Assembly (NCBI GenBank): GCA_039621445.1
Contig: CP154954.1
Coordinates: 930,001-994,000 of the forward strand
DNA length: 64,000 nt
From: Euglena gracilis
Lineage: Eukaryota
Reading direction: 5' to 3'
The position numbers were made by a program, and so were the translations under genes. The notes below the pieces were generated by a model that had not been told where the DNA came from, did no database searches, and saw only the letters and a program-made list of their open reading frames with translations. Below, in pieces: positions 1 to 36,029 of the stretch; the stretch's first letter is position 1, and each line of letters begins with the position of its first letter.

Positions 1-107
<107 letters not shown>

Positions 108-124
108 CTACACAAAATTAAAAA

Positions 125-197
125 TGAGTTGGCTGGGATTCGAACCCAGGACCGATCGGTTAAAAGCCGAGTGCTCTACCAACTGAGCTACCAACTC
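125..197 (-). tRNA. trnK: tRNA-Lys(UUU)
   Basis: Cloverleaf GAGTTGGTAGCTCAG...CTTTTAA...GTTCGAATCC...CCAACTCA. Confidence 0.96.
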
Positions 198-244
198 ACT
201 TAAAGTTAAATAAATTATAAATGTAATTAGAACTTAAGTTTTAT

Positions 245-730
245 TTAATAAAAAGAATTACCACTTCGCATATATTGTAAATACGCCGTAAAAAACAAAC
301 CACAAATAGTTATTGGAATTAATCCTAAAATAATACCTGACAATTAAAGTAGATACATTATATCCAAGTCAAATGAAAAAATAATTTTTATCTCTCTAAA
401 AACTAGGGAGGCCAAAATAAACAAACACCCAGCTTAAAAACTATTTCAAATATAAACTTTTTAAGTCATAAAAAATTTTTCATTAAATATTAAAATTATT
501 AATATAAAAATGTATTTTAAAGAATAAATAATAAAAATCTGTGAACGTTTTCGCAAAAACATTAACGCACAATACAAAAAATGAACATAATAATTTTCAA
601 AGTTTTAATTATAGTTAAAGCTAAACATTATTTTTAATAATAATACTTAAAAAATATAAATACTCTTTAAATAAAACAATAAGCAAATAAAACTTTGCGA
701 TAAATAGAACCACACAAGAGTTTCAACCAT
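245..730 (-). CDS. petG: Cytochrome b6f subunit V, two exons (~716-730, 245-~343) split by a ~370-nt group II intron
   Basis: Exon 1 MVETL followed by GTGTG; exon 2 [32 protein letters not shown]. Confidence 0.9.
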
Positions 731-799
731 GGATAACTATAAAAATTTTATTTTATCATCCAAAAAACTAAATATTTAAAAAACTTATAAAAAAGGGAA

Positions 800-872
800 C
801 GGGACTGACGGGACTCGAACCCGCAACTTCCGCCGTGACAGGGCGGTGCTCTAACCATTAAACTACAATCCC
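800..872 (-). tRNA. trnD: tRNA-Asp(GUC)
   Basis: GGGATTGTAGTTTAATGG...CTGTCAC...GTTCGAGTCCCGTCAGTCCCG. Confidence 0.96.
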
Positions 873-946
873 TAAAAATATTATATGATTATCAAATAAT
901 CATACAACAAGATTATTATTTATAATAATAAAAATTAAATATTAAA

Positions 947-1108
947 TTATAAAGGTCCTTTATAAGGATCTTTATAAAAGACTTCCCTCATTAACTCGCC
1001 TGTATCATCATATGGGTTACGACCAGGATCGTTAGACAAAAGTCCAAAAACAAATAATGAAACAAAAATTAAAATCAAAGCGTATACAAATACTTTTAAT
1101 ATCAACAT
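947..1108 (-). CDS. psbI: Photosystem II protein I (53 aa, C-terminally extended)
   Basis: [32 protein letters not shown] signature inside ORF 947..1297; start taken at ATG 1108. Confidence 0.9.
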   Translation of the reverse strand: MLILKVFVYALILIFVSLFVFGLLSNDPGRNPYDDTGELMREVFYKDPYKGPL

Positions 1109-1377
1109 AAGAATAATAATAACATAATATATAAATAGTGACAAAAAAACAGACTTCATTATAATAAAAATGTGAATTTTTATTAAAAAAAACATTACGC
1201 AAGTTTGTAGAAAGCTAACCATCATTATTATTATTCTGAAAAAAATTTTGTTAGTGCAAAAAAAAGTACAAAAATAAAATAATCTAAAGTAAAACATACA
1301 ATAAAAGAGGTAAAAAATTCAAAAGGAATTATGTTTAAAATTTAATTTCTAGGAATACTTTAATCAACAAAATACAT

Positions 1378-1752
1378 ATGACACGAATCAAAAATAATGG
1401 TATAAGTAAAAAAAAGCGAAAAAAAAAAATATCAAAAATGAAAGGATGGGTTGGAGGACATTCGAAACTTTTTCGAACAGGAAATCAACAGTTAATGAAA
1501 GCTAGACACTATGCTTTTTATGACCGAAAAAAAAAAAAAAATCTAAATAAAACATTGTGGATAACAAGAATAAATGGTGGACTAAAATACTATCTAACCA
1601 TAAATGAAAAATATAATATTTTCGTATCTTTTCTTAGAAAAACGAAAACCTATGTAAACAAAAAACTACCTTCTGAAATAAACGTTAGAGATTCTAAATC
1701 ATTCAGTCATTTATCAAAACCTATTATGAAATCAACAGGAATTAACTTATGA
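1378..1752 (+). CDS. rpl20: 50S ribosomal protein L20
   Basis: MTRIK..., AFYDRKKKK, LWITRIN motifs. Confidence 0.93.
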   Translation: MTRIKNNGISKKKRKKKISKMKGWVGGHSKLFRTGNQQLMKARHYAFYDRKKKKNLNKTLWITRINGGLKYYLTINEKYNIFVSFLRKTKTYVNKKLPSEINVRDSKSFSHLSKPIMKSTGINL

Positions 1753-2528
1753 AATCCAAAAAAAGGAAAAATTCTTACTATCGAACGAATGGGTAATATG
1801 GTAATAAAAAAAACTACTTCCGGAAATAATATGATAAAAAATTATTTTGTTGGTTTTTAAAACAAGTAAAAGGAAAATCTGCATTAAAAATATTGAAATA
1901 AGATTATGACCAAGAAATAGCTAACCTAAGAAATTTCAAAATTACTGCAATAAAAGAAGACAAAAAAAAGTAAATTATTAAAAATTATAAAAAAGAAATT
2001 CATATTAGGCTTTTTCATATCCTGATTTTTTAGAATTAATATTGGGAAAAAAAAAGAAATAATATATCAAAAATTTTAAATAGCGAAGAAAATTACTTAC
2101 GATTAAAACGTAAAAATAAAGAATATATTTTAATATTCTATTTATCATACAAAAAACGAGTAGGAAAAAATATACGTGCATAGATAAAATATGTATAATA
2201 ATGTATCATACAAAACTATAAAAATAAAAATAATAAATACGTATTAGTAAAACATTTTAATGCATTGGGAAATTTGAAAAAATAAAGAAATTAAAACTAA
2301 TAACTAAATCAAACATAACCTATGTAATAGTAAAAATTTATGATGAAAAAAAGAATTCTTTTTAGAATATAAATATAAATATAAAAAAGTAAATTTATAA
2401 ATTGTTATTTCGAAAGAAAACCTACGCACATAACAAAAAGATGATTAAAAAAAAAAACGCAAGAAAAAATAGATAAAAATATTTTAAAGCAAAATAAATA
2501 TTACCCTAAAATAGAATAAAAAACTAAA

Positions 2529-2906
2529 ATGCCTACAATAGAACAATTAACACGCTCACCGAGAAAAAAAATAAAACGAAAAACTAAATCACCAGCATTA
2601 AAAGGATGCCCGCAAAAACGCGCAATATGCATGCGGGTTTACACAACAACACCAAAAAAACCAAATTCCGCCTTGCGCAAAGTAACAAGGGTAAGACTTT
2701 CTTCAGGGTTAGAAGTTACAGCTTATATACCAGGAATAGGGCATAATTTACAAGAACATTCAGTAGTCCTTATCAGAGGTGGAAGAGTTAAAGATTTACC
2801 AGGAGTAAAGTACCACGTAATACGTGGATGTTTAGACGCAGCAAGTGTAAAAAATCGCAAAAATGCAAGATCTAAATACGGTGTAAAAAAACCAAAACCC
2901 AAATAA
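2529..2906 (+). CDS. rps12: 30S ribosomal protein S12
   Basis: [10 protein letters not shown] and [12 protein letters not shown] motifs. Confidence 0.99.
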   Translation: MPTIEQLTRSPRKKIKRKTKSPALKGCPQKRAICMRVYTTTPKKPNSALRKVTRVRLSSGLEVTAYIPGIGHNLQEHSVVLIRGGRVKDLPGVKYHVIRGCLDAASVKNRKNARSKYGVKKPKPK

Positions 2907-2983
2907 AACCAACCCAAATTAACTAAAATAAAACACTAAAGTTGAAAAAGAAATTTAGAAAAATAGAAATTTAACTTATATAT

Positions 2984-3454
2984 ATGTCTCGAAGAAGAAG
3001 AGCAAAAAAAAGAATAATATCACAAGATCCTATCTATAACAGTACTTTAGCAAGTAAAGTAATTAATAAAATATTATTGAATGGAAAAAAAACTCTAGCT
3101 CAGTATATTTTTTATGAAACAATGAAAAATATACAGGAAATTTATAAAAAAGACCCCTTAGACATTCTAAGAAAAGCGATAAAAAACGCATCTCCACAAA
3201 TGGAAACAAGAAAGCGTCGTATCGGAAGAACAATATATCAAGTTCCTGTAGAAGTAAAAGAAGATCGTGGAACTAGCTTAGCATTAAAATTCATAATAGA
3301 AAAAGCTAGAGAAAGAAAAGGAAGAGGAATATCCACAAAACTAAAAAATGAAATAATTGATGCATCGAATAACACAGGTGAAGCTGTAAAAAAAAAAGAG
3401 GAGATACATAAAACAGCTGAAGCAAATAAAGCATTCTCAAATATGAAATTTTAA
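2984..3454 (+). CDS. rps7: 30S ribosomal protein S7
   Basis: MSRRRRAKKR...YQVPVEV...AEANKAF; follows rps12. Confidence 0.98.
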   Translation: MSRRRRAKKRIISQDPIYNSTLASKVINKILLNGKKTLAQYIFYETMKNIQEIYKKDPLDILRKAIKNASPQMETRKRRIGRTIYQVPVEVKEDRGTSLALKFIIEKARERKGRGISTKLKNEIIDASNNTGEAVKKKEEIHKTAEANKAFSNMKF

Positions 3455-3521
3455 TATATATAAATTTTTTAAGCGTTAAAAAAAATAAAAAATAAAATTT
3501 GACCAAAATCTTTCTAATAAA

Positions 3522-3617
3522 ATGAGTTAATTAAATATTTTAAATAAAATAAAAATTTTATTAATTTTAAGATAATAAAATTTTTTCAAAAAAAAAGTTT
3601 CATAAAAGAAAACAAAA
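3522..3617 (+). other. Possible intercistronic group III intron in the rps7-tufA spacer (boundaries uncertain)
   Basis: AT-rich ~100-nt stretch starting at an NTNNG (ATGAG); such an intron is recalled for E. gracilis but ends cannot be fixed from sequence. Confidence 0.35.
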
Positions 3618-3624
3618 AATAAAA

Positions 3625-5067
3625 ATGGCTCGTCAGAAATTTGAAAGAACTAAGCCACATATTAACATAGGCACAATTGGACATGTTGACCATGGAAAAA
3701 CTACTTTAACAGCGGCAATAACTATGGCTCTAGCTGCAACAGGAAATTCAAAAGCCAAAAGATATGAAGATATTGATTCAGCTCCAGAAGAAAAAGCCCG
3801 AGGAATAACTATAAATACAGCACATGTAGAATATGAAACAAAAAATCGACATTATGCACATGTAGATTGCCCAGGGCATGCGGATTATGTAAAAAATATG
3901 ATAACAGGAGCTGCTCAAATGGATGGAGCGATACTAGTCGTTTCGGCGGCGGATGGACCAATGCCACAAACTAAAGAACATATTCTTTTAGCAAAACAAG
4001 TAGGAGTACCTAACATCGTTGTTTTTTTAAATAAAGAAGACCAAGTAGAATAAGCTTAAAAATTAAAAACCTTCACTAAAAGAGAAACTTAAAAAACATA
4101 TAAAAAATAAAATTAATTTTAAAATTAAATGAAGAAAATATTCCATCAAAAACGATAGTGAACTATTAGAATTAGTTGAATTAGAAATTCGAGAAACTCT
4201 AAGTAATTACGAGTTTCCAGGAGACGATATTCCTGTTATACCTGGATCAGCCCTATTATCTGTTGAAGCATTAACAAAAAATCCTAAAATTACTAAAGGA
4301 GAAAACAAGTGGGTGGATAAAATATTAAACTTAATGGATCAAGTAGATTCTTATATACCTACACCTACAAGAGATACAGAAAAAGATTTCCTTATGGCTA
4401 TTGAAGACGTTTTATCAATTACAGGAAGAGGAACTGTAGCAACAGGACGTGTGGAACGTGGAACAATAAAAGTAGGTGAGACAGTAGAACTTGTAGGATT
4501 AAAAGACACACGTTCCACAACAATAACAGGACTAGAAATGTTTCAAAAAAGTTTAGATGAAGCTCTTGCAGGAGACAACGTTGGAGTTTTATTAAGAGGT
4601 ATACAAAAAAATGATGTTGAACGAGGAATGGTATTAGCAAAACCAAGAACAATAAATCCACATACAAAATTTGATTCCCAAGTATACATTCTTACTAAAG
4701 AAGAGGGGGGAAGACATACACCTTTTTTTGAAGGATATAGACCACAGTTTTATGTACGTACAACAGATGTAACTGGAAAAATCGAATCATTTAGATCAGA
4801 CAATGATAATCCTGCGCAAATGGTAATGCCTGGGGATAGAATAAAAATGAAAGTAGAATTAATACAACCCATTGCAATAGAAGTGTCGTTTAATAAAATA
4901 AAATAAAATAAAATAAAATAAAATAAAATAAAATAAAATAAAATAAAATAAAAACTTTCGTTTAAATTATATCAAATAAAACATATTGGAAAAAAGGTAT
5001 GAGATTTGCAATTAGAGAAGGTGGTAGAACTGTGGGTGCCGGCGTTGTTTTATCAATAATACAATAA
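3625..5067 (+). CDS. tufA: Elongation factor Tu; exons 3625-4049, 4153-4882, 4993-5067; group III introns of 103 and 110 nt
   Basis: [21 protein letters not shown]; splicing restores DQVD/DSELLE and [21 protein letters not shown]. Confidence 0.98.
4893..4953 (+). repeat. (TAAAA)n pentamer array, about 12 units, inside the last tufA group III intron
   Basis: Directly visible aaataaaata run. Confidence 0.9.
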
Positions 5068-5074
5068 TTAATTT

Positions 5075-5993
5075 ATGAATCTAAGAGATATAAATAATAT
5101 GACACTTTCAAAAAATGAAAATATAAAAGCAAAACAAAAACAAATAAACCTCCCAAAAATATTGCGTCAAGAAATAAAAGAAAATAATAAAATAATAAAA
5201 TGGTTTTATAATATTGTAATGTTATTAGGAGGAATCGGATTTTTAATAGTAGGAATATCAAGTTATATAGGAAATAATCTAATATATTTTTTAGACGCAA
5301 GCGAAATAATATTTTTTCCTCAAGGAATAACAATGTGTTTTTATGGTACTTGCGGAATTTTATTTAGTATAAATCAAATAAGTATAATTTTAAACGGAGT
5401 TGGCGAAGGTTATAACGAATTCAACAAAGAGTTAAATTTAATGACAATTTACCGAAAGGGTAAACAAGGAAAAAATTCTGATATAAATATAACGTATTCA
5501 CTTAAAGACATAGTAAAAGAATGAGATAACTGCAATTAATATACGTCTCAATAAAATATATAAGTAATTAACTAAAAAAATATAATTATAAATATAAACC
5601 AAGAATCAAAAGTATTACAAACATTTTAATATGTCAAAAAAAAAATAAAAAATAAATCATTAAAATATAAAATTTAATAAAAAATAAAAATATTATTGCA
5701 TAATCATTAAACTTAAAAATTCGAAAAGAAAATTTAAAAAGAGTCAAAAAAACGAGCTGTCTGCAAAAAGCACATACAGTTCAAAAAAAAGTTTAAAAAA
5801 TTATTTTAATGAAGGAATTAGAATTGAAATAAAAAATGAGTACTTTAATGTAAAACAAAATGTTTTTTTGCGTATTAAAGATAAAAATGATCTTCCAATA
5901 ATACAATTATCAAATCCAATAAAAATAAGTGATTTAGAAAAACAAGCAAGTGAAATAGCATCATTTTTAAATGTGCCAATAAAAGGGTATTAA
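5075..5993 (+). CDS. ycf4: Photosystem I assembly protein Ycf4; exons 5075-~5512 and 5811-5993; ~300-nt group II intron
   Basis: GISSY, FFPQGITMCFYG, VGEGYNEF; domain V-like GAGCTGTCTGC...CATACAGTTC at 5754-5782; exon 2 ends ASEIASFLNVPIKGY*. Confidence 0.93.
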
Positions 5994-5995
5994 AA

Positions 5996-6028
5996 AGTTG
6001 AAAACTAAAAATTCGATAGTTTTCAACT
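5996..6028 (+). terminator. 3' stem-loop after ycf4
   Basis: 12-bp inverted repeat AGTTGAAAACTA/TAGTTTTCAACT directly after the stop codon. Confidence 0.6.
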
Positions 6029-6056
6029 AAAATTCTTTATACATAAATACAAAGTT

Positions 6057-6128
6057 TGAGGCGTAGCCAAGTGGTAAGGCAACGGGTTTTGGCCCTGTCA
6101 TTCGGAGGTTCGAATCCTCCCGCCTCAG
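6057..6128 (+). tRNA. trnQ: tRNA-Gln(UUG)
   Basis: TGAGGCGTAGCCAAGTGG...TTTTGGC...GTTCGAATCC. Confidence 0.96.
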
Positions 6129-6142
6129 GAAAATAAAATATT

Positions 6143-6228
6143 GGAGAAGTGTCTGAGTGGTCGAAAGAGCTCGATTGCTAATCGAGTGTGTCTAATAAAC
6201 ACCGAGGGTTCAAATCCCTTCTTCTCCT
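6143..6228 (+). tRNA. trnS: tRNA-Ser(GCU)
   Basis: GGAGAAG acceptor, TTGCTAA loop, long variable arm. Confidence 0.96.
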
Positions 6229-6403
6229 TTTTTATTAAGAACTCTTTGAATCTATAAATATATCTGCAAAATGAAATATTTTACACAATGATTTTAATTT
6301 TAAATATGAACAAACAGTAAATTAATAAAATACTAAGAAAGTATTATATTAAAAATAAAGAAATTTATAAAATTTATTTATTTGAAATATGCAAAAATTG
6401 ATG

Positions 6404-6477
6404 TAGCGGAGAAAGGATTTGAACCTCTGACTTCAGGATTATGAGCCCTGCGAGCTACCTGACTGCTCTACTCCGCC
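6404..6477 (-). tRNA. trnfM: tRNA-fMet(CAU)
   Basis: GGCGGAGTAGAGCAG...GGGCTCATAATCC anticodon arm of initiator type. Confidence 0.9.
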
Positions 6478-6489
6478 CTAAAATCTATA

Positions 6490-6561
6490 AGCAGATAATG
6501 GGACTCGAACCCATGGCATCAACCTTGGCAAGGTTGCGCTCTACCACTGAGCTACATCTGC
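6490..6561 (-). tRNA. trnG: tRNA-Gly(GCC)
   Basis: GCAGATGTAGCTCAG...TTGCCAA loop. Confidence 0.95.
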
Positions 6562-6566
6562 ACACA

Positions 6567-6638
6567 AGCCTTTTGTCGGATTCGAACCGACGACCACCGC
6601 ATTACAAATACAATGCTCTACCACTGAGCTAAAAAGGC
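6567..6638 (-). tRNA. trnT: tRNA-Thr(UGU)
   Basis: GCCTTTTTAGCTCAG...TTTGTAA loop. Confidence 0.95.
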
Positions 6639-6733
6639 ATCATTATTAATATAATAATGATAGGAACTTAATTTTACTCATTATAATTATTTTGTCAAAA
6701 CAACAAACTCAAAAATAAATATGGGAAAATAAA

Positions 6734-7207
6734 ATGTCTTTTATAACTTTAAACAATTTTTTTAACTTGCGATTAAAAAGAACTAACATAAGAACTCTAA
6801 AAACAAAAAAATTAAAAAAAAAAATAATAATAATTTTGCTTTAAAATTCAGGAAAAACATTAAATCCGACCACTAACACTTTTTTTGGCTTATTACCAGA
6901 ACAATATGCTCCATTCGACCCACTAATTGATGTTGAGATTAGAAAAAAATAAAAAATAAAAGTAAAAATGAAAAAAAAGTAAGAATAAAATAAAAAATAT
7001 TACAGTAAAAATATAAATGTCTAAAAAAATAAACTCTAAAATAAACGAATTAATACAATCTAAAGTAAAAAAATTTTTTTATTTTATTTCCAAATATAAA
7101 AATTTATCTTGATTAAGAAAAAGTTCCTATTTGTAATCCTTCCTATTATACCTGTTTTATTCTTTCTACTAGCATTTGTATGGCAGGCTTCAGTAAAATT
7201 TAGATAA
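6734..7207 (+). CDS. psbK: Photosystem II protein K; exons ~6734-6766, 6872-6932, 7137-7207; intron 1 ~105 nt (group III), intron 2 204 nt (group III twintron size)
   Basis: [36 protein letters not shown]; introns begin TTGCG and TTGAG (NUNNG). Confidence 0.92.
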
Positions 7208-7254
7208 TTAAAAAGAAAATTAAGTGAAAAATATAAATTATTAAAAATAAAAAC

Positions 7255-7463
7255 ATGAATTCAGATGAGAAAAATATCGTAGAAAATACTGTAATAGTTT
7301 AGGACAATACTTTAAAATACATAAATATTTAAAATAATATTATTAATATAAGATTAATGATAAATCTAAAAAACTTTTGATACAATTAGGATCGTTAACT
7401 TTAATAACTTTAACTGGACCACTAATTATAGGAATAATTTTCATTCGTAAAGGAAATTTATAA
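7255..7463 (+). CDS. ycf12: Ycf12/Psb30; exons 7255-7264 and 7372-7463; 107-nt group III intron
   Basis: Spliced MNSELLIQLGSLTLITLTGPLIIGIIFIRKGNL*. Confidence 0.92.
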
Positions 7464-7492
7464 TTTTATCTAATAGCACCTAAAAATTTTAA

Positions 7493-7621
<129 letters not shown>

Positions 7622-7676
7622 AAAGTATAAATTTATTATTAGTAATAAATTTATCTAAAAAACTAAAATATATATA

Positions 7677-7748
7677 GTCACAGTCGCCTAATGGACGGGC
7701 ATCAACCTTCTAAGTTGTTTTGTGTAGGTTCGAATCCTATCTGTGACA
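7677..7748 (+). tRNA. trnR: tRNA-Arg(UCU)
   Basis: GTCACAG/CTGTGAC acceptor stem, CTTCTAA loop, GTTCGAATC. Confidence 0.93.
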
Positions 7749-8269
7749 ATCCGAAAAAAAAATAAGATAATATTTAGATCAAGTAGTTCCTTAAAATTCT
7801 GGAATAATTTACATTTATGAAACTTCTACAAAAAAAATAAATGACCTTAAAATATAAAACAAGAGAGTAAGAAAAAAGCTAATTAAAAAATAATTTACAT
7901 TTAGAAACATTTAGAAAATCTTCCCTAACGTATCTTCTTTTTCTTTAAACAAACATAAAAACTAAAACAAAATTTTTAGCTGAACACATAATAATTTCAT
8001 TATTAAAAGTAAATTTTAATAAAAATCTTTATTTACCTCAAATAATGGAATGATTTCAACTTTAACAAAATTTGTAGTTTTGTAGTAAATTATTTACGCG
8101 TTAAACATTCTTTAAAAGGGAATATACAAAAAAAATGATATCGGTTTTATATGTTTTCTAATTTACATACTATAAAAATTTTAATGTAACGTTTTGTTAA
8201 ATGTTATATTTTATTGTAATAAATTTGGGAAAATTAATTAACTTTTTAGACACCCTAAGATAATAACAT

Positions 8270-9108
8270 ATGTTCAAAAAATTCTATTTCGTTTGTTCTT
8301 TCGTAAAAAAAACTTCTAATTCTTCTAATTATGGTACTTCGTATTTCAATAAATCCTCTCTTATTTGCCATTTATCTCTTGATTTTTCCGAAAATTTAGA
8401 AAAATATTGATTGCCATAGGATGAATTCTTTTTTGGACACTTCTCTACGTTATTGTTATTCCAAATTCTAAGATCAGGGTTTTAACAGAATTAATTTCAC
8501 GTAATTCAAGTTTAAATCAAAAGCCACTGGATGAACTACAGAAAATTAACTAGGATCTTCCAGAAATTCAAGAAAAGTATGTATACCAAGCTCCTATTGG
8601 TAAAAAAGGCAAGCATTAAAAAAAGTTATTAATATCGCTACAAACGTAAATCCAGAAGCATTAAGTGAAATCATAAAAAAGAATACTTGGAAAAATTATC
8701 TAAAGTAGTTTCCTTCAATATTAAAATACCGATCCAAGAATTGTAATTTTTACATTTAGTTTCATAGTAAGTTGTGTTATTTGTTGGAGTTCATGGACAT
8801 TCGCTGTACTAGGACTGAGTATTAGAGTTTTAATAAGTTTTTAATGGAAGTACAACATGCATAAATTTTATTTGTTACAAAACTAAAAGATGTTAAAAAA
8901 TATAGATGCTCTTACGAATACTGCATTTTATATTCTTTTAAACTTCAATTTTAATAACTATCAAATTGCTCAAAAAATAAATGAGATTATTTAGATTGTG
9001 AGATATGAATCTATTAAATTCAATCAAATACTTGAATTGTGTAACAACACACTACAAACATTAGTTAAGTCAGTTGAATAGATTAGAGTTCGTCCATTAA
9101 ACTTCTAA
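8270..9108 (+). pseudogene. Possible decayed ORF of unknown family
   Basis: Long protein-like stretches broken by isolated stops and frameshifts; no recognised motif. Confidence 0.3.
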
Positions 9109-9684
9109 TTTTAAGAGTTTTTATTAAATATTTTATTTTAAAAATCTACTTAAAAACTAATTGACAAAATATTTTTTGAAATCTAAAAAAATTACTAAAT
9201 TTAAGATCAATAATAAAATAACTTAAATTAATTAAGTTAATTGTTAAATATTTATTTGTATAATAAGAATTTTTATCAAAGAAATTCTTCTGACTACTGT
9301 TTTTTATGAATTTTATTTCATATATGTTTTATATCAACAAAGTAAATAAAAATAAACCATAACAATTTTTGAGGGTAATTTCTAATATCATCAATCTTGA
9401 TACGAATTCATTTTAAAAGAAATTAAAAAAACTGAAGTAGTAAAAAATATAAAATAAGAAAAAAATTATGTACTTCAATTGGTTAAATATTTTTAAAATC
9501 GAAAGAAATTTAATATAATTTTCAAAAAAAGAAAAACAATCTAAAAAAAAGCTTTTTACCAAATAATTCGATTTTTATTATTAAAAACGTTACATTATTT
9601 AATTAAAAATCTACTTACTAAAAAATAATTAACAAAACAAAAAATATACTTGTTAGTAAAAAAGATAAAAACAAGCATATAAAA

Positions 9685-13200
<3,516 letters not shown>

Positions 13201-13326
13201 TTTTTTTTTAGCTAAAAAAACTATAAAACTATCTTTATATTTCTTTAAAAAGTGAATAAATATTAATTAAATTATCTCCCATCGCAAACTGTTGATAAAA
13301 ATAACATAAAAATTAATATTTTAATA

Positions 13327-13408
13327 TACCTTCGACCGGAGTTGAACCGGTACGCTTTATAAGCACATGATTTTAAGTCATGAGTGTCTACCATTTCACC
13401 ACGAAGGC
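13327..13408 (-). tRNA. trnL: tRNA-Leu(UAA)
   Basis: GCCTTCGTGGTGAAATGG...CTTAAAA loop, long variable arm, no intron. Confidence 0.95.
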
Positions 13409-13466
13409 ATTTAAAACACACAAATTAAATATAAATTATTTTTAACTTATATTTAAATTACAAAAT

Positions 13467-34352
<20,886 letters not shown>

Positions 34353-34490
34353 AAATAATATTTTGTAATATAAAATAAGTAATCTCTAATATTAACTAAA
34401 GAGCTAATTTTAGGTATTAAGATCCCCTATTTATATACTAAAAAAGGGAACACAAGCAAAAAATATTGCATAACAATCTATCAATTTACT

Positions 34491-35869
34491 ATGAATAAAA
34501 AAACTAACGAAAGGCCTGTATTTCCTTTTACTTCTATTGTTGGACAAAAAGAGATGTGTGGCTAAACACATTGCACATTCAAATAAAAAACTTAATAAAA
34601 TAATATTATAAATTTAAAAAATAATAATTATTATTATTAAAAATAATTACTACCCTCTAAACTACAATTAATAAATAAAAAATAAAACAAATTGGCAAAT
34701 AAAATACTGAATTTTCAACACAACTAAAAAAATTTTGTAAATTATTAAAATTTATTGTAGCTAATTGGAAGCAGTTTGGAAAACTATAGAAAATCCAAAA
34801 GAACATAAAATAACAATTTATAAATAAAAAACAAAGCTAAAAGGATAAACCACGTATAGTTTGAAAACAAATAAAATTTAGTTTTATGAAATTATCATTA
34901 ATCTTAAATGTAATAGATCCAAAAATAGGAGGTGTTATGATAATGGGTGATAGAGGAACAGGAAAGTCAACAATAGTTAGAGCGCTTGTTGACTTACTAC
35001 CACCTATTGATGTAATAGAAAACGACCCATATAATTCTGATCCATATGATACAGAATTAATGTCAGATGACGTTCTAGAAAAAATAAAAAAAAACGAAAA
35101 AGTATCGATAATTCAAGTTAAAACACCTATGGTTGATTTACCATTAGGTGCAACTGAAGATCGTGTTTGTGGAACAATAGATATAGAAAAAGCAATATCC
35201 GAAGGAAAAAAAGCATTCGAACCTGGTCTACTAGCACAAGCAAATAGAGGAATATTGTACGTTGATGAAGTTAACTTATTAGATGACCATTTAGTTGACG
35301 TTTTATTAGATTCCGCTGCTTCAGGATGGAACACGGTAGAAAGAGAAGGAGTTTCGATTTGCCATCCTGCAAGATTTATACTAGTAGGATCAGGAAATCC
35401 TGAAGAAGGAGAACTTAGACCACAATTACTAGATAGATTCGGAATGCATGCACAAATTAAAACACTAAAGGAACCAGCGCTTCGTGTAAAAATAGTACAA
35501 CAACGAGAACTATTTGAAAAAAGCCCTAAAGAGTTCAAAGAAAAATATAAGGAAGAACAAAATAAACTAATGGAAAAAATTATAAATGCAAGAAAAAAAT
35601 TAAAAAACATAATAATAAAATACGAACTTTTAGAAAAAATATCACAAATCTGTTCTGAACTAAATGTTGATGGACTAAGAGGAGATATGGTAACAAGTCG
35701 TGCAGCAAAAGCATTAGTAGCATTTGAAGATCGCACAGAAGTAACACCTAAAGACATTTTCACTGTAATTACGCTTTGTTTACGACATCGATTACGTAAA
35801 GACCCTTTAGAATCAATAGATTCGGGATATAAAGTGCAAGAAACCTTTAAAAAAGTGTTCAATTACTAA
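34491..35869 (+). CDS. chlI: Magnesium chelatase subunit I; exons 34491-34555 and 34888-35869; 332-nt group II intron
   Basis: [12 protein letters not shown], Walker [35 protein letters not shown]. Confidence 0.98.
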
Positions 35870-35950
35870 AAAATAGCTAAAACAAGAAAACTAATTTACA
35901 TTTTCTGAGAAGTATTTCAGAAAATACATTAAAAATGTTAAAAATATTCT

Positions 35951-36029
35951 TCCTTCGTGGTGAAATGGTAAACACGTGTGATTCAAAATCACATGCATAA
36001 GCTTGCCGGTTCGAGTCCGGTCGAAGGTA
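35951..36029 (+). tRNA. trnL: tRNA-Leu(CAA)
   Basis: TCCTTCGTGGTGAAATGG...TTCAAAA loop...GTTCGAGTCCGGTCGAAGGTA. Confidence 0.92.

Noticed and set aside
1109-1297. N-terminal extension of the psbI ORF to 116 aa
   Set aside because: T-rich upstream frame with no similarity; PsbI homology starts at ATG 1108
6441-6632. 63-aa ORF over the tRNA cluster, and 35891..36151 over trnL
   Set aside because: Antisense readings of tRNA genes
35113-35862. 249-aa antisense ORF within chlI, and similar antisense ORFs in rps12, tufA, ycf4, psbC and psbD
   Set aside because: Explained by codon bias of the real gene on the opposite strand
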